64,000 nt of DNA. Source: an uncultured delta proteobacterium. Its GTDB lineage: Bacteria; Myxococcota_A; Polyangia; Haliangiales; Haliangiaceae. This document shows positions 54,343 to 63,700 of the stretch, piece by piece. The notes under the pieces were generated by a model. That model saw nothing but the letters and a program-made list of their open reading frames with translations, ran no database searches and was not told where the DNA came from. The number at the start of each line of letters is the position of its first letter. The first letter of the stretch is position 1. A program made the position numbers and the translations under genes. The DNA lies in the NCBI GenBank assembly GCA_963848295.1, contig CAWKDB010000010.1, forward strand, positions 4,800,001 through 4,864,000, in the 5' to 3' direction.

Positions 54343-54666
54343 TTAGTGCGTGAGCCGCCACAGGATGGCGCGCACGTGGTCGAGCGGCTCGTCGACCGCG
54401 GCGAAGTCCTCGGCGGAGATGATGCCGCGCGCCTGTGCGATCAGCAGGGCGGTCGTGAGCTCGCTCGCGCTGCCGGCGGCGCGGCGATAAAAGTCGGGGC
54501 GATCGAGACCGACGCGCATGCGGCCTTCGCTGAGGTTGAGCGCGATGCTCTCGCCGGCGCGGACGATCTCGTCGGCGAGTGACTTGCGCGTGCGGCGGAC
54601 CTTGGCCTCGACAGAAGCGAGCTGCTGCAGGACGGCGAGGGCGAAGTCGAGGGCGTAGAACGACAT
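54343..54666 (-). CDS. Four-helix-bundle protein (23S rRNA IVP/TIGR02436, Avd-like), copy 1
   Basis: LADEI.RA.ESIALNLSEG..R..A.GSA.E motif; 107 aa; SD ggagg. Confidence 0.85.
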   Translation of the reverse strand: MSFYALDFALAVLQQLASVEAKVRRTRKSLADEIVRAGESIALNLSEGRMRVGLDRPDFYRRAAGSASELTTALLIAQARGIISAEDFAAVDEPLDHVRAILWRLTH

Positions 54667-54671
54667 GAAGA

Positions 54672-54896
54672 TCCTCCGAAGTGAGTGGCCGATGGGTGGG
54701 AACGTCTCTCTCTCGCCCGTCGCGCCGCAGTCGCGCGGGTCCCGTGACGAGCGCGGGCGCTGACCACCGCACTCGCCGGCCGATCAACTCCGCGGCGATC
54801 GCTCTCACACGCCGGCGCACTCGGCGCTCGGCGCGGGACAAGCGCGAAGCGGCGCAGGGCGAGAGAGACGTTCCATCCATCGGCGCGAGCGAAGGA
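54672..54896 (-). ncRNA. Putative structured 5' leader RNA (rod-like hairpin), copy 1
   Basis: Long self-complementarity; homologous to 55209-55435 with compensatory changes. Confidence 0.7.
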
Positions 54897-54913
54897 GCGT
54901 CGAGTGTTCCAAG

Positions 54914-55207
54914 GCCGTCGCCGTCGCCGTAGCCGTAGCCGAAGCCGTCGCCGGAGCCGGAGCCGAAGCCGTCGCCGAAGCCGAAGCCGTCGCCGAAGCC
55001 GAAGCCGTCGCCGAAGCCGTCGCCGTCGCCGAAGCCGAAGCCGAAGCCGAAGCCGAAGCCGAAGCCGAAGCCGAAGCCGAAGCCGTAGCCGTAGCCGAAG
55101 CCGTAGCCGGAGCCGAAGCCGAAGCCGAAGCCGAAGCCGAAGCCGAAGCCGTCGCCGTCGCCGAAGCCGAAGCCGAAGCCGAAGCCGAAGCCGTCGCCGA
55201 TGCCGCC
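54914..55207. repeat. GCCGNN hexamer tandem array (49 units, mostly gccgaa/gccgtc/gccgta)
   Basis: Strict 6-bp period over 294 bp. Confidence 0.97.
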
Positions 55208-55208
55208 A

Positions 55209-55435
55209 CCTTTCGCACTCGCGGCTTCCGATCGCCGTGGCCGTCGCCCTGCGCCGCTTCGCGCCAGCGCCGTGCCGAGCGCCGGGACCACCGACGCGTG
55301 CGAAGGACCGCCGCAGAGTTGGATCGATCGACGCGTGCGGAGATCTGTGCCCGCGCTCGTCACGGCGCCGGCGCGAGTGCGGCGCGACGGGCGAGACGGC
55401 CCCGGCGAATCGGGCGTCCGCTCATCCACGAAAGG
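55209..55435 (+). ncRNA. Putative structured 5' leader RNA (rod-like hairpin), copy 2
   Basis: Long self-complementarity; homologous to the reverse complement of 54672-54896. Confidence 0.7.
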
Positions 55436-55442
55436 CCACGCC

Positions 55443-55763
55443 ATGCTCGACGTCCTCGCTCAATCGCTCACCGTCCTCGAACAGCTCGCCCCGGTCGAGC
55501 CGAAGCTGCGGGCTCGCCGCAAGTCGCTCGCCGACGAGATCGGCCGCGCCGCCGAGAGCGTCGCGCTCAACATCGCCGAGGCGAGCGCACGCGCCGGCCT
55601 CGACCGCCCCGACATGTTCCGCCGCGCGTTCGGCAGCGCGCGCGAGCTGTCGGCCGCGCTCATGATCGCGAAGGCGCGCGGCTACATCACGCCCGACGAC
55701 TTCGCCGCGATCGATGCGCCGCTCGATCGCGTGCGCGCGATGCTGTTCCGGCTCACACGGTGA
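55443..55763 (+). CDS. Four-helix-bundle protein (IVP/TIGR02436, Avd-like), copy 2
   Basis: LADEIGRAAESVALNIAE..GSA.E; 106 aa; about 65/106 identical to copy 1 by manual alignment. Confidence 0.85.
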   Translation: MLDVLAQSLTVLEQLAPVEPKLRARRKSLADEIGRAAESVALNIAEASARAGLDRPDMFRRAFGSARELSAALMIAKARGYITPDDFAAIDAPLDRVRAMLFRLTR

Positions 55764-55794
55764 GCGCGCGCCGGGCGCTGATTCCGGCAGCCTT

Positions 55795-55974
55795 GCCGGA
55801 GCCGCAGCCGGTTCCGTACCCGGTTCCGCAGCCGCAGCCGGTTCCGTACCCGGTTCCGCAGCCGCAGCCGTAGCCGGTTCCGCAGCCGTAGCCGCAGCCG
55901 CCGCCGTACCCGGTTCCGCAGCCGCCGCCGCAGCCGGTTCCGCAGCCGCAGCCGTGGCCGTCGCCGATGCCGAC
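55795..55974. repeat. NCCGNN hexamer tandem array (30 units) with 30-bp higher-order repeat
   Basis: gccgca/gccggt/tccgta/cccggt/tccgca units; 55801-55830 is identical to 55831-55860. Confidence 0.95.
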
Positions 55975-56010
55975 AAGCCGCAACCGGTTCCGCTGGCGAG
56001 ATCCGGACGA

Positions 56011-56817
56011 CTACGAACCGCGCAGGGCGCGGACGATTTCTTCGCGCACCACGTGCGCCAGATCGTGTGGTTTTCCGCTCGCCGAGACGGTCGCGACCGG
56101 CGAATGGGGCGCCGGCGCGCACGCGACGACCGGCTGCGAAACCCCGGTGAGCTGCGGGTAGAGCTCGACCGCGCGGTCGGCGGCGCGCCCGATGCCGGCC
56201 TTCGCGCGCGCGGCGATCAGCGGCGCCATCGCCGATTCGGGCAGCGGGACCGGGCCACCGAGTGGGGCCGCGGCCAGTGCGATCTTCGCGAGGTGCTCGA
56301 CCAGCTCGAGCCGGAGCAGCGCGGTCTCGGCGTCCTTGCCCCACGCGATCACGCCGTGGTTGCCGAGCAGCACGACGTCGACAAGCTCGCACCACGGGGC
56401 GAGGGCGGCGCGCGCGGCGTCGCCGGGCGGCGTGAAGGGCAGCTTCGGGATCCTCGGTCCGAGCGACACGACGGCTTCCGCGATAAACGGCCGCTCGATC
56501 GGGTGCTGCGAGCTCGAAGCGATCGCGGTGGCCGCAGGTGGGTGCGCGTGGACGACCGCGCCGACGTCGGGCCGGCGCTCGTAGACGACGAGGTGCAAGC
56601 CGATCTCGCCGAATACCTTGCCGGCGCCGATGACCTTGCCCTTGGCGTCGAGCTCGATGATGTCCTTGTCCTCGACCAGGCGCTTCGAGGTCGCGGTCGG
56701 GGTCGCGATGAACCGTGCGCCGTCGCGCGCGCTGACGTTGCCGTCGTGGTTCGCGACCCAACCAGCGGCGTGGAGCTGGCGCGCGATCTTCGCGACCTCG
56801 CGGCGCAGCGGGGTCAC
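56011..56817 (-). CDS. Class II aldolase with C-terminal BMC encapsulation-peptide-like helix
   Basis: DGNVSAR, TPT..SK, E..LH...[18 protein letters not shown]; tail [14 protein letters not shown]. Confidence 0.9.
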   Translation of the reverse strand: MTPLRREVAKIARQLHAAGWVANHDGNVSARDGARFIATPTATSKRLVEDKDIIELDAKGKVIGAGKVFGEIGLHLVVYERRPDVGAVVHAHPPAATAIASSSQHPIERPFIAEAVVSLGPRIPKLPFTPPGDAARAALAPWCELVDVVLLGNHGVIAWGKDAETALLRLELVEHLAKIALAAAPLGGPVPLPESAMAPLIAARAKAGIGRAADRAVELYPQLTGVSQPVVACAPAPHSPVATVSASGKPHDLAHVVREEIVRALRGS

Positions 56818-57089
56818 GGGGCGGTCTCGACCGCGTCGACGATGCCGACGATCAGCGACCGGATCGGCACGATGTCGCCCTGTTTCAGGATCTGGCGGAC
56901 GCCGTTGCCCTCGGTCAGGACGAGCACCTTGTCGCCGACTCCCGCCTGCGCGTGGTCGACCGCGACGAAGCTCGCGCCGGCATCGCCGCCGTGCTCGTCG
57001 AGCGGCTGGACGACGAACAGCGCGCGCCCGGCGTACGCGGGGTGCTTGACCGCGGCCCACATCGGCCCGACGACCCGGCAGCACCTCAT
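56814..57089 (-). CDS. EutN/CcmL-family BMC vertex (BMC-P) protein
   Basis: RVVG..W...K..., VAVD...AGVGD.VL, IVGIVD. Confidence 0.9.
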   Translation of the reverse strand: MRCCRVVGPMWAAVKHPAYAGRALFVVQPLDEHGGDAGASFVAVDHAQAGVGDKVLVLTEGNGVRQILKQGDIVPIRSLIVGIVDAVETAP

Positions 57090-57364
57090 GGCACCCGTTT
57101 CGGCGCGTCGAGCCCGTCGACGATGCCCACGATCGCGGCGTCGACCGGTACGAACCACGGCTCGAGAGCGAGCGCGGCTTCGCGCGACCCGACGAGGTAG
57201 ACGAGGTCGCCGTCCCCGGCTTGGACGGTGTCGATCGCGGCCTGGAGGTCGCCGACCGGGGCGCGGTGCTCGTCGACCGGCTGGACGAGCAGGATCTTCT
57301 TGCCCTCGAGGCCGGCGGCCTTGCGCGCCGCGACGACCGTGCCTTTAACGATGCCGAGGTACAT
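57086..57364 (-). CDS. EutN/CcmL-family BMC vertex (BMC-P) protein
   Basis: MYLG.V.GTVVA..K...[29 protein letters not shown]. Confidence 0.93.
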   Translation of the reverse strand: MYLGIVKGTVVAARKAAGLEGKKILLVQPVDEHRAPVGDLQAAIDTVQAGDGDLVYLVGSREAALALEPWFVPVDAAIVGIVDGLDAPKRVP

Positions 57365-57416
57365 CGAGGCGCGGTTGTACCATGACGAACAGGGAGAGAC
57401 GGTGCTAGACCACGGC

Positions 57417-57755
57417 ATGGCCTACGAGCAAGAGCAGCGCGCCGCCCTGCGGATCCTCGAAGGGATCGAAGAAGGCACCATGAGCGCGGCTGACTCGGCA
57501 GCGCTTGTCGAGGACGCCGACCCGGCCCTCATCTATCTGATCTTCACGTGGCTGCGCAAGCGCTACGCCGATCACGCGAACTCCGATGCGGTGCTGGGTC
57601 GCGTCGTCGCGATCAGCGGTCGCCCGGCGGTCGCGAAGCTGATGAAAGAAGGCCAGGCCGACTCGATCGTCGAGTGGTTCGAAGACGGCTATTCTTATCG
57701 CGACCTCGGCGCGAAAGAATTCATCGCGCTGATCGTCGAGAAGCTCGAGAGCTGA
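57417..57755 (+). CDS. Hypothetical protein
   Basis: 112-aa ORF with strong GC3 codon bias, divergent from the BMC-P genes. Confidence 0.7.
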   Translation: MAYEQEQRAALRILEGIEEGTMSAADSAALVEDADPALIYLIFTWLRKRYADHANSDAVLGRVVAISGRPAVAKLMKEGQADSIVEWFEDGYSYRDLGAKEFIALIVEKLES

Positions 57756-57789
57756 GACCGCCTCGTACGCTCGTTGCGTCGCCGAGGCT

Positions 57790-60700
57790 CTAGCGAATGC
57801 CGACGCCGAGCCTGGCGCGCAGCGCGAGCCAGCCCGGTAGAGCGACCGCGTGTATCAAGTGCTCCGCGGTGTCGCCGCGCGCCTTCGCCGCTGCCACGAT
57901 CGTGACCGCATCGCCGCCGACGAGCAGGGCGGCGCGATCGGCGGTGCGCTCGCACGCGGCGGCGTAACGGGCGGTGTCGAGGCTCATCGGCGGGACCGCT
58001 AGCAGCTGCTGCTCGAGCCGAGTCCGCAGCTTGACCGGCAGCGCGGCCTTGACGACCTCGTCGTGCGCGCGCTGGATGTCCTCGTCGGCGATCGACGCCG
58101 CGAGCGCATCGCGCAGCAGCGGCGGGCCGAACAGCCGCGCGACCGAGGCGACCAGCCGCGCCGATTCGGTGGCGGGCAAGCCGGCGAACGCGAGGTGCTC
58201 GGGCCGCGTGAGCTCGACGGCGCGCGCGAGCAGGGCGCGGATCGTGTCGTGCGGCAGTGGCGAGGTCTCGGCGGCGAGCCGAGGACCGATGACGATCACC
58301 GGCGTCGCGGCGGCGACGACCGTGACGTCCGCGCCTTCGTCGACTTGATACAGCATGACCGCGCCGGTGCCGAGCACGGTGGTCAACCGCGGGAACATCG
58401 CGTGCGCGGCGGCGTGAGTCGTCGCCGGAATCAGGCGCGCGCCGGAGCAGCCCATGCGCGCGAACGCCTCTTCGAGATCGGGCCACAGCAGCGCGGCGGC
58501 TTCGGCCAACGTCTGCGCGATCGGCGCGAGCACCGGGTCGGCGGTCGCGATCAAGAGCTGATCGGTCGCGTCGACCGCCGAGGGGTACGATTCGTCGTCC
58601 CGAATCGCGTACGGCTTGTTGACCTGGAGGAACGCGCTCTGATGGACGTCGGCGGTGTGACCGACGCCGATCGCGAGCTCGAGCGTCGCGCGCGCGGCAT
58701 CGAGCTTGTTCTGGCGGCGCAGCTCGTCGGCCCACGCGACGAGATCGGCGAGCGCCCCGGTCTGTGCGGTGATCGCACCGAGGTGCGTCGCGATCGCTTC
58801 TTTGCGCGCCGGGTCGTCGATCGTGGCTTGCTTGCCGAGATCGACGAGCGCACGCCGCGCCTGGGTCGCGCCCTCGGAATCGGGTGCGATCGCGATCGCG
58901 TGCTCGAACGCGGGTAGCGCTTGCCGGGTGTCGCCGCGTTGTGCGCGCGCTTGGCCGAGCCGGGTCGACAGCAACGCGCGATGCGCGGCGGACGCGGCGG
59001 AGAACCGATCGTCCTTCGCGGTGACGAGCTTGGTCAGCATCGACGCGGCGGCGTCGACATCGCCTTGGGCGAGCGCGAGCTCCGACGCGAGATCGACGGC
59101 ATCGACATCGTATGGATCGTTGTCGACGGCGCGATCGGCGGCGGCACGAGCGCGCGTCTTGTCGCCGGCGGCGAGGTAATCGTTCGCGGCGCGCAGGTGA
59201 CGGGCCGCGCGATCGGCCGGCGTCGCGCCGAACGCGGCCATCAGCTCGGCGGTCCGCGCGCTACCGGCGAGATCGCCGGCGAGGTCTTGGCGCTCGAGCA
59301 GCTTCTCGAGCAGCGGGACGTGCTTGGCCTCGAGCGGTTGCGCCGACGCGACCGCCGCGCCGTAACAGGTCAACGCGCGCTCCTCGTCGTGCAGCATCAG
59401 CAGCGACATGTCGCCGAGGGCCTCGAACAGCTTCATCCGCTCGGCCGGATCTTCGGTCGCGGTCGCCTGCCGCGTCAGCAAGTCGGCCGCCTTGCGGTGA
59501 TCGCCTTGCTCCATCGCGATCTCGGCGAGCGCCTGTAACGCGGGCGCGTAGTTCGGCTTGAGCTCGAGGGCGCGCGTGTACAACGGCGCCGCCTTCTCGG
59601 GCCGGAGCGAGCGAATCTCGGCGAGCGCCGCGTGATAAAGGCCCTGCGCGACCTCGGTCGGATACTTCACCGAGTCTTCGTGCGTCGCGAGCGGCGACAG
59701 ATGCAACGCCGCTTCGCGCCAGCGCCGCGCCTTGTAGCGGTTCTCGCCGAGCGCGAGCTTGATCAAGAGATGCCCGCGATGCATGCGATCGGCGGCGACC
59801 AGCGTCTGATACGCGTCCTCGTCGCGACCGAGCTTCTCGTGCGCGGTCGCGAGCCGGCGGTGCAGGTCCGCGACGAGCGCGGTCGGCGCGGCGGCCAGGG
59901 TCGTGCCATCGAGGACCTCGCGCAGGAACGCCTCGAGATCGGCCCACCGCTCGGCGTCGGCATAGAAGTCGGCGAGCGCGACGATCGCCGGCAAGTGGTC
60001 CGGCACGCTGCCGAGTGCTTCGAGCAACCGGCGCTCGGCCGCCGATTCGATGCCGGCGGCGCGCGACAGCGCGGCGAGCTGAGTGAGCACGCGCGCCCTC
60101 TCCGGCGGGGTGAGCGTCTCGGCTTCGAGCCGCTTCTCGAGAATGCGGGTCGCAGCATCGGGATCGCCGCCTTGCTCGGACAGCCCGGCGAGCGCCCAGG
60201 TCGCGTCGGCGTGATACGGCCGCAGCGTCAGCACGCGCTCGAACGCGGCATGCGCGCCGGCCATATCGTTGACGCGCGAGCGCAGGACCTCACCGGCCGC
60301 CATCAACGCGGCGATCTTGACGTCCTCGTCCTTCGCGCTCTCGGCTTCGCGCAGCTTCGCGTCGGCGAACGCGCGCGGATCCTCGTCGGGCGACGCGAGC
60401 TGAGCGAGCACCGCGAGCGCGGTCGGGTGCTCCGGCACCAGCGCGAGCGCGTGATCGATCGAGGCACGCGCGGCGTCGCGGTCGGACAGCTTGTCGACCT
60501 GGAGCTGCGCGAGCCGGATGTAGAGCCCGGCGAGCTCGCCCTTGCCGCCGCCGGCCTCGGCGTGCGCGGACAGCGTGTCGATTCGATTCTCGAGGATCGC
60601 CGAGGCTTCGCGGTCGCGTCCCGCCTTCGAGAGCGCGGCGACGAGGGCGTCGGCGAGTGCGGCGTCGTCCGGCGCGATCGTGCGTGCGTGGCGCAGCGTC

Positions 60701-63700
60701 GCCGCAGCTTCGTCTGGCATGTCGAGCCAATCGATCAGCACGCCCGCGCGCCGGGCGAGCAGTTGCGCGCGGTCGGCAGGCTCGCGCGCGAGTGCCGCGC
60801 GTCGGCGCAACACGTCGGCGAGGTCGCTCCATCGCGCGTGCGCTTGGTACAGGCCGTCGAGCGCCGCCCACGCTTCGATATCGTCGGGCCACGTCGCGAC
60901 GATCGCGTTGTACGACTCGATCGCGCGATCGGGCAGCTCGAGCTCGACCTCGTGGATCCGCGCGATCGAATGCAGCGCCTCGCGCGCTTCCGGCGAGCCC
61001 TCGGCGGTCTCGACGATCCGGCCGAGGGTCTCGATGACCTTGCTCCACCGGCCGACCGCGCCGTAGCGATCGGCGAGCCGTTGCATGACCATGATGTCGC
61101 TCGGCGCGAGCACCCGCAGGCGTTCGAACGCATCGATCGCGTCGTGCTCGCGATGCAGTCGGTCGACATAGATCGCGGCGAGATCGCGCAGCAGCTGAGG
61201 ACGCTCCGCTTCGGGCGCCGCGGTGCCGAGCCGAGGGTCGGTGCGCTCCTCGAGCGAGGCCGCGAGCTCGACCCAGCGGCCTTCGGCGCGATACAACTCC
61301 TCGAGCCGCGCGCGCGCGGTCGCATCGTTCGGCAGCATCCCGAGCACGCGGCGCAGCTGAGCCTCGGCGTCGCGCCAGCGCTTCTGCTCGGTGCGGATGT
61401 TCGCGACCTCCATGAGCAGATCCGCCGCGGCTTGCGCGGTCTCGGCTTGCTCGGCCATCCCTTCGTAGAGGTCGGCGAGGCGGTCGAACGCCTTGTTCTC
61501 GGACGCGATGCGTTGCAGGCGGGCGCGGACCTCGGCATCGCCGTCCGGGGTACGCCGCGCCTGGTCGAACGCGCGAGCGAGCGCATCGAACGCGCGCACG
61601 ATGTCCTTGGCGCCGGTCTCCCAGACCTCGGCTGCGCGGAACAGCCAGCGCAGCCGCGTCGCCGGATCGGGCGCGGGCAAGCCTTCGTAGGCGACCGCGA
61701 GCTCGTCCCACGGCGCATCGAACTCGCGGTTCGGCAGGCTCGGCAGCGGCGGGCGGCGCACCGGCAGCTGCGGCTTGCGCGCGGTCATGCCGGGTAAGCC
61801 GAGGCGCGGCATCGGCGGCGGCGAGCTCGGGCGATTCGCGCGCGCCGACCGCGTGATCTGCGGCGTGCGAGGCGATGGCGGTGGCGGCATCTTGCCGGCT
61901 TGCCCCGTTCCGGGCGTGCGCGGCGGCGGCACGGCCATGCGCGCGAGGTCGCTCGCCGAGAGCGTCATCGTCGAGTTCTCGGCGGCGAACGCCGGGTCGG
62001 GCCGAAGGGGCTTCGGCGGGGCCGTGAGCTCGACGTCGTCGAGATCGATCGGCTGAGTCGAGTCCCCGACCGCGAGAGTCGCTGGCGTGAGGTCGATGTC
62101 GGCGAGCGGCTCGGTCGACGCTCGGCGCGGGATGTGCGGGCGACCCGGCACCGAGCGATTCGATGCCGCCACCGCCTCCGCGATCGCGGCTTCGGATTGG
62201 ATCGTCGCCGGCGCGGGCTCGGGGCGCGGAGCGCGGTCGGTCTCGCGGTACTTGCCGATCGCGCGGGCGAGTCGCCACAAGTGCGACGTCGTCTCGGTGT
62301 CGTCGGGGGCGAGCAGCAGCGCGATCAGGTGCGTGCGGAACGCGCGGGGGGCGTCCTTGAGCTGCTCCTCGATGATGCCGGCCTTGCGGCGGAGGATCTC
62401 GACGCGTTTGTCGGTCGTGGCGGCCCGTTCGACGAGCGCGCTATCGACCGCGACGAGGTCATTCCACGCCCGCGCCTTCGCGGACAGCGCGACGAGCGCT
62501 TCGCGCGTGCCTTCGCGATCCGGCGACCACGAGAACGCCGCGAGGATGTCGGCGACCGCACCTTTCGGATCGCCGACGCGTTCGTCGAGGATCCGCGACC
62601 GGCGTAGATAGAGCTCGACGCGCTCGCCCGGGCTCGTCGCGCCGAGCGCGAGCTCGAATGCATCGAGCAGCGCCTTCCAGATCGGCCGTTGATCGAGCTC
62701 GCCCGCGAGCCGCTCGAGCTCGGCGAGCAGCGTGCCGTCGCGCGGGACGACCGCGAGCGCTTCGCCGTAGACCATGACCGCGCGCGGCTTATCGCCGAGC
62801 CGGCGTTCGGACAGCTGCGCGAGCTCTCGCGACAACGCGACGTAGCGATCGGCCTCGGCCGGCGCGCCGCCTTCGCCGAGCGCGACCAACCGCTTGCGCT
62901 CGTCGGCGAGCACTTCGGAGAGCTCGCGCCAAAGGCCGTACGACTCGGCCGCGCGCCGGACATCGGCGAGCGATTGCTCGTCGGGCGCTTCGTCGTGAGC
63001 GCGGCGCCACCAGCGGAACGCGGAGCGCGGATCGCCGAGCTTGTCGGCGATCGCGATCGCGATGCGTTGCACGAGTTGGCGGCGCTGCTCGGCGTGCTCC
63101 GGCGCATCCGAGACGTCGCGCGACGGCACGCGGGTGAGCATCCGCTCGACCATCACGACGTAGTCCTTCCACCGCCCGGTCTTCGCGAGCAAGTCGGCCG
63201 AGGCGGCGAGCGCCTCGTCTTGATCGGGATCGAGCTCGAGCACGCGGCGGAACGCCTGCAGCGCGCGCGTCGGGTTCGCGAGGCGGTCGCGACAGATGAG
63301 GCCGATCTCCAGCCCGCGGGCGACCTTGCGAATCGGCTCGGGCGACAAGTACATCTCGCGCTCGGCCACTCGCACCGCCGCGTCGTAGTCGCCGCGCGCT
63401 TCGTGCAGGCGGCGCAGCGCGGTGTGGGCGTCGAGGTGGTTCGGATCGAGCTCGCGCAGCAGGTGCTCGAACACCTTGATCGCTTCATTCGGCGCGCCGA
63501 GGCGCTCCTCGAGTAGCTCGCCGCGCTCCATCGCGATCTCGGCGGCGCGCGTGCGATCATCGGCTTGCCCGGAAGCGGCGAGCACCGCGATCTGCCGGCC
63601 GAGCACGTCGGCGAGCTCGCGCCACTTGCTCTGCGCTCGATAGAGCCGACCGAGCGCCTCGAGCGCGCCGCGACTTTTCGGGGTCAGCTCGAGCAGTCGA

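Noticed and set aside
53918..55444. 508-aa minus-strand ORF with a (GF/GD/GY)n tract, plus (SA)n and (SR)n ORFs
   Set aside because: These are stop-free readings of the hexamer array; the long ORF also overlaps the real FHB gene out of frame.
54343..55763. 23S rRNA intervening sequence
   Set aside because: No rRNA sequence flanks the genes.
55753..55983. Gly-Cys-rich 76-aa ORF resembling a RiPP precursor or metallothionein
   Set aside because: It is a translation of array 3 with a TTG start and no modifying enzymes nearby; sibling array 1 is not in 3-nt phase. Not strictly excluded.
54032..55994. CRISPR array or complete diversity-generating retroelement
   Set aside because: There is no repeat-spacer structure and no cas gene. 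There is no reverse transcriptase and no TR/VR pair with adenine-specific differences.
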